DNA of 46,719 nt from Candidatus Limnocylindrales bacterium. Its GTDB lineage: Bacteria > Moduliflexota > Moduliflexia > Moduliflexales > JAUQPW01. This document shows positions 1-9,165 of this stretch, one piece after another. Under the pieces are notes generated by a model. The model did no database searches and had not been told where the DNA came from. It saw only the letters and a program-made list of their open reading frames with translations. The stretch's first letter is position 1; every line of letters starts with the position of its first letter. Location of the stretch: contig DATMBG010000040.1 of NCBI GenBank assembly GCA_035559535.1, positions 124,001 through 170,719 of the forward strand, read 5' to 3'. The translations under genes and the position numbers were made by a program.

Positions 1-254
1 GTTACAATCAGGTGATCCCCCTGCAAGATCTCATGGAGAAAAGCAAGAACTTCTTTATCATCGGTATGAAAACGTTTAGGCCCGATATCAAAGATAAAAT
101 CATCGTATTGAAAGGACCGTGCAAGTCCTCCCACGGTTTTGTCGCGCTCAATAACGGTAACCTCCCACCCTTCCTTTTTAAGAAGGTATCCTAAAGTCAA
201 GCCGGCGACTCCTGCGCCCACAATGACAACACTTTTCGAAAAGGATTTATTCAT
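1..254 (-). CDS. FAD-dependent oxidoreductase (UDP-galactopyranose mutase / protoporphyrinogen oxidase-like), N-terminal part; runs off the window edge
   Basis: Hand translation from ATG at 254: MNKSFSKSVVIVGAGVAGLTLGYLLKKEGWEVTVIERDKTVGGLARSFQYDDFIFDIGPKRFHT. GxGxxG Rossmann motif, GG motif and FDxG motif. Not in the supplied ORF track. Confidence 0.85.
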   Translation of the reverse strand, partial: MNKSFSKSVVIVGAGVAGLTLGYLLKKEGWEVTVIERDKTVGGLARSFQYDDFIFDIGPKRFHTDDKEVLAFLHEILQGDHLIV

Positions 255-339
255 AGGGCTTCAAATTCCAGATTTCAGATCAGCTTAAAATGAACCGCTT
301 ACCTTTCATCTTGACGACTAGCAAGTAGTAAGTAGCAAA

Positions 340-755
340 CAGTCCCCATCCTCCTCCCCTTTCTGGGGGTAGAGTTTTGGGAACTGACTCTTCCGACTCC
401 CATACGCGCCAGGATAAGAAAGTTAGCCCTGATAGGGCAACCTGGGGATAGCCCCTGACTTACGCCAGGGGAAACAACATCCTATCTATCAAATGGGGAC
501 GTTTGACCTATTAAGCCCAGGCGGAACGACCTGTTTCACAGGCTGCTGCTACGGAGCTTGAAAAATTCTAAATTATTGAATCCCCCGACTTGTGTCGAGG
601 GCTACCGACTGTTCGTTCCGGAGGGGCTTTTCAGCTTAACCTGGCGCCTATGCTTCCGACTTCCCTTCCCTGCGAGGGAAGAGGAGAGTTGGGACCCCGG
701 CAATCCCCGAGTACCCCTTCCCGACGTGGGAAGGGGAAGGTCAGGGAGTTAAGTT
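340..755. repeat. Intergenic cluster of REP-like / palindromic repeats
   Basis: Several CCC..TCCC-Nx-GGGA..GGG hairpins (e.g. ~661-690, ~714-750). CGCCAGGATAAGAAAGTTAGCCC (407-429) recurs at 40367-40389 with one mismatch. Confidence 0.6.
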
Positions 756-764
756 AGAAAAAAC

Positions 765-3506
765 CTATTCTTGAAAGGGGTTGTGGAGGGGGCTACTCAC
801 CAACTTATTGACAATAACAGGTTGCCCATACCACAATCCTTTCGTAAACTCAACCCGAATTCGATCGATCCAGATATCCGCTTGGCCATGGGAAAGTACT
901 CGAAATTCCAGTTTCTCAAGATCTTCTAAGTAACAGAACAATTCAAATTCTTCATAGGCCCCCGGCGTTTTAAAATCCCTCCCTTGGAGATCCCGGATGG
1001 CCAGGGCCTTCCTTCCCATCTCTGAGGTTACGTCGATTCGGGCAATGGGTAAATCTTCCGTATTATCGGAAGTTTTCAATCGAAAAGCAACTTTAAGGTA
1101 TCCTGGTGGATACCTGAGATAAGGGCCGAAAACCGCATAATTCCTATCCCGACCGGTTTTGGAAACCTTCCAGGCAATCCCGTTATAGGCTTCAGGATCC
1201 TTCTGTTCTTCCCCAATCCGATGATCCAGATATTCAGCTTCAAATATATTTTCATAGGATGGTAAAGTAAAGGCCAGGAGGTGATAAGATCCCGGGGTTA
1301 CCTCCCTGGATAGGGTAACCTGACCGATTTCACCGGGTTGAAGAGAAATTGAAGAAGATGCTAAAGCGATTATATCTCCCGAACCTGAAGGATTTTCTAA
1401 ATCTAGAGGGTTCGACACGTTCTCCTCGGATTTTAAAGGAGAGGGATGTAAAACCCAACCAATTTTTACATCTCGCCGATTGGTATACTCATTGTTTCGG
1501 ACAAATAAAGTAACCTTTAAAGGACGGGCAGGCGAAAGAGAAAATCCCCCTTTTTCTATTTCCCCACTCCCCCCTTCTGGGTCTTTTTCCTCAGAGATCC
1601 TGATCTTTTCGATGGAGGGTTCCACCAAAGAGTAAAAGTAAAAATGGGAATCCTTGATGGGATAGACTTTTTCTAAAACGGCCCTTTGCATTTGTGGAAA
1701 GAATTGTCGGTAGTAAAATTTAACCTCCTGGTTATAAGCTCCCATGAAAAGATGGGTTATGGGATAACGATCGAAGGTATTTCGATAGTTAAAAAAGTTT
1801 TCATAAACATGGATAGCCCGATGCCTGTTTTCCAGGCAGATGGTGGGAGCCCCCAGGCCGGCGATAAAGGCATTTTGCAGCCTATTTCCCAGCTCCCGAG
1901 AAATATCCCGAACGGTATATTGAGGATAAGCTGCCCATTCATAATACTGATAACCATTGATAAAAATCGTAGCCATCAGAGGTAACAATAGAAACCCCGT
2001 GAAAAAGGCTCTATGAGGAAGAATCCAGCTCTGCCCACCCCATTTCTTAAAAATCGAGGCCATCGTCCCGATAAAAATTACAGAGATCAACGCCGAAATC
2101 CCCAATCCTCGCTTCCAGGTTAAATCGGGAAGCTTCAGAGAAAAGACCCCGGCGAACCGATAAAGAAGAGGGATCACTCCATAACTCAGGAATACGGTCA
2201 ACCAGAAGATCAAAAAGGGTATCGATCCAGGGGATAATCGTTTTTGAACTCTCCAGGATCTTAATCCTCCCCAGGCCATCATGGCTCGTGCAGTCAGGGC
2301 GCACATAGGAGGAATGATGGGAACATAATAACGTACGGGGCGATAAGTTATTATCGCAAAAAGGAAAAAGTGCATGAGATACCAGCAAAGCATAAAAAGA
2401 TCGACGGGATGAAGCCGTCGGTTATCTGCTATCGGTTCTTTGTCCGGGATTGTTTGCGGATGGTCATGGAAGAAAAGATAGATAAAATACCCTATACAGG
2501 CAAAGGAAAGAAAAAGCTCAAGGGGGGTTTTCATGAAATAACCAAAGAAGGGGAGGTGGGAGATATTAAAAAGTATCTGGTCCAGGGATCGGGGTGCCGA
2601 TTGTTGTTTATAATAGCTCATGGCCTGATGGATGGAGGGAAAGTAGCGGAGATAAAAGAAAGTATACCAGATGAGAAAAGGAACCAACATTCCCAGCAGA
2701 AGAGAGGTAAGGATACGAAGATAAGAAGGCAGAGGCATACGGGAATACGAAGACCTGGAGACGGGGGGTTGCGGAAGAATATGAAAAGACAGAAGCGTTG
2801 CCAGGAGGGGGACAGGTAGAAGATAGGGGAGATTCTTGAAAATATAGGCGGTAAAGCAACTGACCCCGGAGAGGAAGAAATAGATCAAAGAGGCTGTATT
2901 CTGAGATACAGAGCTACGAAAATCCGGGGGTACGCTCGTTGAGTCTGGTTGTAGAGACGGATTGTGTGCTTCGATCTCTTCCCATCTCCCCTTGTTCCAG
3001 CCTCTCTGCCAGAAATACGCCGACAGAATCATAAAAAAAACCACGGAGGTCTCTGTAAGCCCGGGACGGTTGAACATAAGGAAGAGATAGTTAAAGCCCA
3101 GGAGAAATAAAGCCAGGGAAGCTACTTTTCGCTCGAAACTTTCCTTAAAGGTCAGATAAAAGAAGATAAGACTCAGGCTACTGAAAAACAAAGGAACCAG
3201 ACGTACCTGGGCTATTCCAACACCCGCCATATAGAAAACCAGCCATTTAATGTAGGCCAGGATAGGGCTGATATAAAAATCATTCCATTCATCGAGATCC
3301 CACTGACCAAAGAGAATTTTATTTCGGGCTCCATGGGCCAGCATCCCTTCATCAAAGAAAACCCCACCGCTCCAATCTAAATTGGCCGGGGGGTCTGCGG
3401 TTAAGTGGATAATCCGAAGCGAAATAAGAAAAAGAAGCAGAAGAAGAATCCCGCAGGAAGATGATACGTATTTTTTGCTCACCCATCGCATTGAAGTAAC
3501 ACCCAA
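765..3506 (-). CDS. GT-C fold (ArnT/PMT, GT39/GT83-like) membrane glycosyltransferase with C-terminal beta-sandwich domains
   Basis: FFDEG motif after the first TM helix, many TM segments, RYYVP motif, C-terminal FEAE...FGPY...LEFRV...IDRI galactose-binding-like domain. ATG at 3491 may be the true start. Confidence 0.75.
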   Translation of the reverse strand: MGVTSMRWVSKKYVSSSCGILLLLLFLISLRIIHLTADPPANLDWSGGVFFDEGMLAHGARNKILFGQWDLDEWNDFYISPILAYIKWLVFYMAGVGIAQVRLVPLFFSSLSLIFFYLTFKESFERKVASLALFLLGFNYLFLMFNRPGLTETSVVFFMILSAYFWQRGWNKGRWEEIEAHNPSLQPDSTSVPPDFRSSVSQNTASLIYFFLSGVSCFTAYIFKNLPYLLPVPLLATLLSFHILPQPPVSRSSYSRMPLPSYLRILTSLLLGMLVPFLIWYTFFYLRYFPSIHQAMSYYKQQSAPRSLDQILFNISHLPFFGYFMKTPLELFLSFACIGYFIYLFFHDHPQTIPDKEPIADNRRLHPVDLFMLCWYLMHFFLFAIITYRPVRYYVPIIPPMCALTARAMMAWGGLRSWRVQKRLSPGSIPFLIFWLTVFLSYGVIPLLYRFAGVFSLKLPDLTWKRGLGISALISVIFIGTMASIFKKWGGQSWILPHRAFFTGFLLLPLMATIFINGYQYYEWAAYPQYTVRDISRELGNRLQNAFIAGLGAPTICLENRHRAIHVYENFFNYRNTFDRYPITHLFMGAYNQEVKFYYRQFFPQMQRAVLEKVYPIKDSHFYFYSLVEPSIEKIRISEEKDPEGGSGEIEKGGFSLSPARPLKVTLFVRNNEYTNRRDVKIGWVLHPSPLKSEENVSNPLDLENPSGSGDIIALASSSISLQPGEIGQVTLSREVTPGSYHLLAFTLPSYENIFEAEYLDHRIGEEQKDPEAYNGIAWKVSKTGRDRNYAVFGPYLRYPPGYLKVAFRLKTSDNTEDLPIARIDVTSEMGRKALAIRDLQGRDFKTPGAYEEFELFCYLEDLEKLEFRVLSHGQADIWIDRIRVEFTKGLWYGQPVIVNKLVSSPLHNPFQE

Positions 3507-3568
3507 GATATCAAACGAGGACGTTCGACCTTATCAAACGAGACGTTTGATCTACCAAACCCCGGTTT

Positions 3569-4555
3569 TTACCCATCAGATTTCATTTCAGAGTCTTGCC
3601 CTTGGGGAGATCCTAAAATACCCCGCACGATATATAAAGGGCGATTCTTAACCTCATCATAAATACGTCCCAGGTATTCGCCGATGATGCCAATGGTAAT
3701 AAGTTGGACACCTCCGAGGAAACAAATCATGATAATGGTTGTGGTATAGCCGGGAACGGTGGTATTGGTAAAAATTTTCTGAAAGAAAGTTCCCAGACCA
3801 TAGATCAGACTAAAGGCAGAAACCGAAAACCCGGTATAAGAGGCAAAGCGGAGGGGTGCATAGGAAAAAGAGACAAAACCATCCAGGGCCAATTTCATCA
3901 ATTTGCCCAACGAGTACTTAGACTCTCCCCCGAATCTTTTGTCCCGTTCGTAAGGGATTCCGATCTGGTTAAAACCCACCCAACTTCGTATTCCACGAAC
4001 GAACCGATTTCTCTCCGGAATGGAATTAAGGAGCTTAACAATTTTTTTATCCATCAGGCAGAAATCTCCGGCGTCCAGGGGAATTTCTATGGTTGAAACC
4101 GTTTTTAGCATTCTATAAAAGAGTGCATACATGATTCTGAGAAAAATATGCTCTTTTCTCTTTTTTCTGATTCCATAAACAACCTGATAACCTTCTTGCC
4201 ACTTTTGAACGAACTGGAGAATGATTTCGGGTGGATCCTGAAGATCTGAATCCATCACCACTACGGCATCTCCGGTGGCATAATGAAGACCTGCGGTAAC
4301 AGCCGTTTGATGCCCGAAATTCCTGGAGAAGAGGATGACCTGGATTCCGGCATCTTTCTCACACAAACTCTGGAGAATCTGAACAGACCTATCTTGACTT
4401 CCGTCATCCACAAATAGGATTTGATAGCGGACTCTCAGTTCTTCAATGACCTTTTTGATTCGTTCATATAATTCCAGCAGAGTTTTTTCCTCGTTATAAA
4501 CCGGAATAACAAAGGATAATTTAAACTTCTTATTTTCCACAGATTGACTTTCCAT
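3569..4555 (-). CDS. GT2 polyprenol-phosphate glycosyltransferase (GtrB/ArnC-like)
   Basis: SFVIPVYNEE, VDDGSQD, RNFGHQ, MDSDLQDPP, GDFCLMD, two C-terminal TMs, GEYLGRIYDEVKNRP. Start moved to ATG 4555. Confidence 0.92.
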   Translation of the reverse strand: MESQSVENKKFKLSFVIPVYNEEKTLLELYERIKKVIEELRVRYQILFVDDGSQDRSVQILQSLCEKDAGIQVILFSRNFGHQTAVTAGLHYATGDAVVVMDSDLQDPPEIILQFVQKWQEGYQVVYGIRKKRKEHIFLRIMYALFYRMLKTVSTIEIPLDAGDFCLMDKKIVKLLNSIPERNRFVRGIRSWVGFNQIGIPYERDKRFGGESKYSLGKLMKLALDGFVSFSYAPLRFASYTGFSVSAFSLIYGLGTFFQKIFTNTTVPGYTTTIIMICFLGGVQLITIGIIGEYLGRIYDEVKNRPLYIVRGILGSPQGQDSEMKSDG

Positions 4556-4726
4556 ATAAGAAAATAAACAAAGCGTAAAATACACTGAAAGTCAAGGAAA
4601 ATCCAGGATATTTCACAAATTCTTAGGTAATTTTTACGCCTGTTTATAGATAAAGAGTTTCACCAAATTCTCCAGACCGATTAGTCCTCCGGCCAGGGAT
4701 CAAGGACGTTGAAGATAAAAACCGAA

Positions 4727-5593
4727 TTACCCGTAAATCGCCACATCGGTTAAGGTAATAAGAAAAAACAGGATACTAATCACTCCATTGACTTTAAAGA
4801 AAGCCAGGTCGATCTTTGAAAGATCCTCCGGTTTGATCAACCGATGTTCATAGATGAGTAATCCGGCTATTACGGAGAGACCTACGCCATAAATAAGGTG
4901 CCGATGGGATAGAAGACCTATGGCAAAAAAGCAGAGGAACGTAACCCCATGGAGGGCCCGGGCCAGGAGCAAAGCGTTAGGGATTCCGAACCGTTGGGGA
5001 ATCGAATGGAGTCTGTGCGTGATATCAAACTCATAGTCCTGGCAGGCATATAAGATGTCAAATCCTGCGATCCAGGTTAAAACGGCCAGGGTTAATAAAA
5101 GAGGAACCCTATCGAGGCTACCTGTCAGGGCCAGCCAGGCTGCAGAAGGGGCGATACCTATAGCAGTTCCCAGGAAGAAATGACTGGTCCAGGTAAATCG
5201 TTTGGTATAAGAATAAAAGAACATCAGGAACAGAACCACCGGGGAGAGCAGAAAGCAGAGGCGATTGAGCTGATAAGCCGAAAAGATGAAGAGCAAAGAG
5301 AAGAAGACAATAAACAGGCTGACTTCCTTTTTAGATACAAGACCTCGAGGTAGAGCGCGATTTTGCGTTCTGGGATTTAAGGCATCGAGGGAATGATCAA
5401 CCAAACGGTTAAATCCCATGGCAGCACTTCGAGCCCCCACCATAGCCATCAGAATCCAGAATATCTGCTCAAAGGTAGGCAAGTGTTCTCGAGAAGCCAG
5501 AACAACGCCACTCAAGGCAAAGGGAAGAGCAAAAACCGTATGGGAAAATTTAATCATCTCCCCGTAAATCCGGATACTCTTATAAACCGACAT
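4727..5593 (-). CDS. UbiA-like polyprenyltransferase (MqnP-type, futalosine menaquinone pathway)
   Basis: IKFSHTVFALPF, ARSAAMGFNRLVD..D..NPRT..R, YSYTKRFT, GFDILYACQD motifs. Confidence 0.88.
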   Translation of the reverse strand: MSVYKSIRIYGEMIKFSHTVFALPFALSGVVLASREHLPTFEQIFWILMAMVGARSAAMGFNRLVDHSLDALNPRTQNRALPRGLVSKKEVSLFIVFFSLLFIFSAYQLNRLCFLLSPVVLFLMFFYSYTKRFTWTSHFFLGTAIGIAPSAAWLALTGSLDRVPLLLTLAVLTWIAGFDILYACQDYEFDITHRLHSIPQRFGIPNALLLARALHGVTFLCFFAIGLLSHRHLIYGVGLSVIAGLLIYEHRLIKPEDLSKIDLAFFKVNGVISILFFLITLTDVAIYG

Positions 5594-5598
5594 AAGGT

Positions 5599-5994
5599 TT
5601 AGAGGGCCTGGTTGACCAGACGTAGGTCAAAGAGAATATCTGAGATGGTTATAAACCCGATCATTTTATCCCCTTCAATAACCGGAGCCCGGGTTATTCC
5701 CGTATTTGCAAAGAGCCTGGCCACATACTTGATATTAAGATTAGGTGTCACGACGATAACCGGTTTTGTCATGACTTCATGGACTTTGACATGATAGGCA
5801 TCTAATCCCTTAGCAACAACCTTATAGGCCACATCTTTATAGGTAATGATACCATACCCATCCTGCTCATTTCGTCGCTCGACAATCAAGCTTCTAATCT
5901 TTTTCGCTTTCATTAACTCAACAGCATCTGCCACCGTAGCATTTCCATCAATGGTAACAACGTTTTTCGTCATTATGTCCCGTGCGGTTGCCAT
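5599..5994 (-). CDS. CBS domain pair protein
   Basis: ARDIMTKNVVTI...GIIT..D and VHEVMTKPVIVV...GFITISDI. Start moved to ATG 5994. Confidence 0.9.
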   Translation of the reverse strand: MATARDIMTKNVVTIDGNATVADAVELMKAKKIRSLIVERRNEQDGYGIITYKDVAYKVVAKGLDAYHVKVHEVMTKPVIVVTPNLNIKYVARLFANTGITRAPVIEGDKMIGFITISDILFDLRLVNQAL

Positions 5995-6207
5995 AATCTT
6001 CCCTGGCTTTATAGCTACCAAAGCGCGCAGGCAGTAAGATTTAAAAATCAAAAGACAAAGGTAAAAAACCCCTGTGCCTTTGACTTTCCCGGCAGCTTTG
6101 CAGCTCAAGCATAACCCCTTATAAAAACACAAAAATTTACCTGACCGATTGTTTATTAAATAACTCTACCCTTTTAAAAGGTCAATTCAAAAATAAGAGT
6201 TCTTGGG

Positions 6208-6236
6208 TTGACAGAGTTGGAAATTATCCTTAATTT
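6208..6236 (+). promoter_or_regulatory. sigma70-type promoter of ispE
   Basis: TTGACA-17 nt-TAATTT, 10 nt before ATG 6247. Confidence 0.6.
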
Positions 6237-6246
6237 ACTCAGCAAC

Positions 6247-7110
6247 ATGAAAGAGCTTGTCCTTAAATCTCCGGCTAAAATTAATTTAGGTCTCCAGGTT
6301 TTGGGAAAGAGGTCCGACGGCTATCATGAAGTTCGGACGATCCTTCAAGAAATTGAACTTCATGATCTTCTCTACCTGAGCCGGATCGAAGAGGGAATAC
6401 AACTCCAGTGCAATCACCCTCGTCTTCCCCTCAATGAGCAGAATCTGGCTTTTAAAGCCGCCCGACTCATCAAGGAAAAAACAAGGTTTTCGGGGGGGGT
6501 TAAGATTTACCTGGATAAAAAGATTCCCATAGGCGGAGGGTTAGGGGGTGGAAGTAGTAATGCCGCCTGTGTTATTAAAGGATTAAATCAACTTTGGGGC
6601 CTGGGACTTACTCGGGAGGAGATGCAAAATTTGGGAGCAGAAATCGGTTCCGACGTTCCATTTTTTATCTCTGGAGGAACGGCGCTGGCTACGGGTCGGG
6701 GAGAAAAAATTCAACAACTTCCCTCTTTTCCCAAGACCTGGCTTATCGTGATCACTCCAGATGTGGAGATTTCGACCTCGTGGGCTTATAAAAATTTAAA
6801 TTTGGAGTTGACAAATTGTTCTACAAATAGTAACGTGATTTTGCCGGAAGATGAGAGGAACAGGTGGTTTTCCCGAGTATGGGAAGGTAAGTGGATAAAC
6901 GCCTTTGAAGACCTAGTTATCCGCGAGTATCCGGTTGTAGGGGAAGCTAAAAAACTTCTTGAGCAGATTGGGGCCAGGTGGGTGTCCTTATCCGGTAGTG
7001 GATCTTCTGTATTTGGAATCTTCAACAATCAAGGAGAAGCGGAGCTGGCCCGTTCCCAGATAACAGAAAGTACGTGGTTTGTATATCTGACCCACACGGT
7101 AGAGCGGTAA
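6247..7110 (+). CDS. ispE: 4-(cytidine 5'-diphospho)-2-C-methyl-D-erythritol kinase
   Basis: SPAKINLGL, DGYHE, KKIPIGGGLGGGSSNAA, GSDVPFF, LSGSGSSVFG. Confidence 0.97.
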   Translation: MKELVLKSPAKINLGLQVLGKRSDGYHEVRTILQEIELHDLLYLSRIEEGIQLQCNHPRLPLNEQNLAFKAARLIKEKTRFSGGVKIYLDKKIPIGGGLGGGSSNAACVIKGLNQLWGLGLTREEMQNLGAEIGSDVPFFISGGTALATGRGEKIQQLPSFPKTWLIVITPDVEISTSWAYKNLNLELTNCSTNSNVILPEDERNRWFSRVWEGKWINAFEDLVIREYPVVGEAKKLLEQIGARWVSLSGSGSSVFGIFNNQGEAELARSQITESTWFVYLTHTVER

Positions 7111-7177
7111 CTTGAGAATAGTAAGCAGTTATAAACTATCCAACTGCGTAACCCCGTTTTTCCATTCTCATTCTTAT

Positions 7178-7252
7178 TGGGGCGTCGTCAAGCGGTAAGA
7201 CACAGGATTTTGGTTCCTGCATTCGGAGGTTCGAATCCTCCCGCCCCAGCCA
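7178..7252 (+). tRNA. tRNA-Gln (anticodon TTG)
   Basis: TGGGGCG/CGCCCCA acceptor stem, CAGGA-TTTTGGT-TCCTG anticodon arm, GGTTCGAATCC T arm, encoded CCA. Confidence 0.97.
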
Positions 7253-7662
7253 AAATTGGACGTAAGCTGTCTACGTGCACGTCGTTTTCGGCATAGCGAA
7301 AGATGGAAAGCTTTCCTGCTATGACGAAGAATATAAGAGCCAACCTGTTGACCACGTCCTGCATCAACCGAAACATCCCTACTCCCTTCACCCGTCATCC
7401 AAGGCGATTTGCTCATATGTGACGAGAATAGGGGTGCAGGGTCCACCTCTTTTTGAACCCCTTCATACTTCCAATGTAAAGTGGTTTAAAGTGTCAGACC
7501 TCTTAAGGAAAAAAGCCATCTATTTTACTATTTTCCGTTTGATTCATCTTGGGAAATTCTCATGACCAGTCAACGAAACTTTTTTCTCTAAATTAGGAAT
7601 AAAATTACTAAATTTCGTTTATTTAAATTGAGTCTAGTAAAGCATGTCGTATTCAAAATAAA

Positions 7663-7688
7663 GAGGAGTGACCGGCCGGTCACTCCTC
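7663..7688. repeat. Perfect 26-bp palindrome (REP-like or terminator downstream of the GYD gene)
   Basis: GAGGAGTGACCGGCCGGTCACTCCTC is its own reverse complement. Confidence 0.7.
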
Positions 7689-7770
7689 GGAAAGGCCCTA
7701 CGGCCTGTTCAATCGGAACTGGTATTACCTTGTAAGCTTCCTTTTTTGAAAAAAAGTGACGCCTTGCGGA

Positions 7771-8058
7771 CTAAAGCATTGCAAGAAATTCTTTCCACGG
7801 TGTCGCGCTTAGTGTCTCGGTGGTCGAATGTCCATAGGCCCGAATAATCATGGCTGCTTTTTCAACTTGCCGGGGGTCATCCGATTCAACAATATCAACT
7901 ACATCGAAGCGCCCCAGGGTTGCAAAACTATCCTTCCAGACCACACCAGGGCACTCACTCTTAATTTTTGCAGCCACGGTATCGGCTAATTGCTTAAGAT
8001 CCTTAGGATCTGCAAAGGCTTCAGGGGAAAGCCGGCTCAGAATAATATAAGTTGCCAT
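7771..8058 (-). CDS. GYD domain-containing protein
   Basis: 95 aa, MATYIILSRL...ATLGRFDVVDIVE...TETLSA pattern; AGGAGG RBS upstream. Confidence 0.85.
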   Translation of the reverse strand: MATYIILSRLSPEAFADPKDLKQLADTVAAKIKSECPGVVWKDSFATLGRFDVVDIVESDDPRQVEKAAMIIRAYGHSTTETLSATPWKEFLAML

Positions 8059-8087
8059 CTGATACCTCCTTTTAAGTAAGCTTTAAA

Positions 8088-8535
8088 GCCTGTGTGGTTC
8101 GAAGTTACCCTCAATGTCCTGCCCATATGGATCTGCAGAAATCTGATGGCAGGAGCCCTTTATAATCCCTCCGAACTCTTTGCTTCGTCATATCTAGCTT
8201 TTCCTGTATGGCTCTATTAGTTTGAGCTATTTCCTCATCCGCTATTTTCGCCCCAACCGGAGCAAGGACGGGCTGTTCCACTTTCTCTGCTTTCTCTATC
8301 TTCACTATCTTTTCAACCGCTTTCGGTACGGGCTCTCTTGAGCACTCTAAATTGCCCCGCAACCTCCTTCTTAACGGCTTCGATTCGATCGTCAGCCTTT
8401 TCTTGATCTGATCTGAGTCCGATGGATAAATAGGTGTCTCAACGGCAGGCAGGTACTACAAGGAAGAGCTTGTATTCTGCAGGAGGTTCTATGGGCAAGT
8501 TTACGGAATGTCCTCTCCCTTTGAACCACACAAGC
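8088..8535. mobile_element. Small element bounded by 17-bp imperfect inverted repeats (MITE or deleted IS remnant)
   Basis: GCCTGTGTGGTTCGAAG (8088-8104) vs reverse complement of 8519-8535, GCTTGTGTGGTTCAAAG (15/17). The interior holds only an ORF fragment. Confidence 0.5.
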
Positions 8536-8782
8536 CTATCAACTGAATAGATTATACCATTTTTTACCCCTTCGGGGGTGGGTGTCAATGAAAATGTAAG
8601 GGAGCTGCGGAAGAGCTTGAGGGGAGGGGATTTCCAAAGGAAAACTTTCCATTGTTTAACATCTTTGACCCTTCCTAAGCCGGGATAACTCCCTGAAGAC
8701 TTAATTTTATAGGTATTATAATGATTTTTTAGTTTATATATAAATAATTACTAATAAATTAACTTAAAAATTAAAAACTCCC

Positions 8783-8810
8783 TTGACATTAAGATGACTT
8801 ATCTTAATTT
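8783..8810 (+). promoter_or_regulatory. Candidate sigma70 promoter with overlapping inverted repeat, upstream of the opgH-like gene
   Basis: TTGACA-16 nt-TAATTT; ATTAAGAT-N5-ATCTTAAT at 8788-8808. Confidence 0.45.
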
Positions 8811-9165
8811 TTTTATAGTTACAAAATTATCTACTTAATTACACATAAAAAAGAAATTATAAGAAATTATAACTATATTTTAATATTTTAATCGGTTTAA
8901 TAAATTTATTCCCTGTTACTGGGATTTAAAAAACAAATTTTAAAGTTCTCGGCGCGGTAGCCAGACATTGTCATAAGCGCCTTTTTTTACCTGATCAAAT
9001 CTTTACCATCATCGGTTAATTCCTCTCCCCCTATGGCTGTAACCCTGGAGGTAGTCTACCCTTTGCTCTCAAGTAAAAACTACCGATCCTATCAGTCAGT
9101 GTATTTTTATATCTATTAAGATAATAATATATCTAATATTATCTTAAATTTAAAACGGAGACCCT

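Noticed and set aside
12-752. Plus-strand ORFs 12-194 and 558-752
   Set aside because: The first is a shadow of the minus-strand FAD oxidoreductase; the second runs through repeat hairpins
7174-7565. ORFs 7174-7446, 7188-7391 and 7275-7565
   Set aside because: Two are antisense to the tRNA; none has a recognisable motif or RBS
8900-8990. GGTAGCCAG resembling the 3' part of the c-di-GMP-I riboswitch
   Set aside because: No GG(C/T)AAA..GAAA..GACGCAAAG P1/P2 elements upstream
9122-9149. dif-like site: TTATCTTAAAT is 10/11 to the XerD arm TTATGTTAAAT
   Set aside because: No credible XerC arm at 6-bp spacing; very AT-rich context; better explained as one arm of the 9116-9147 inverted repeat
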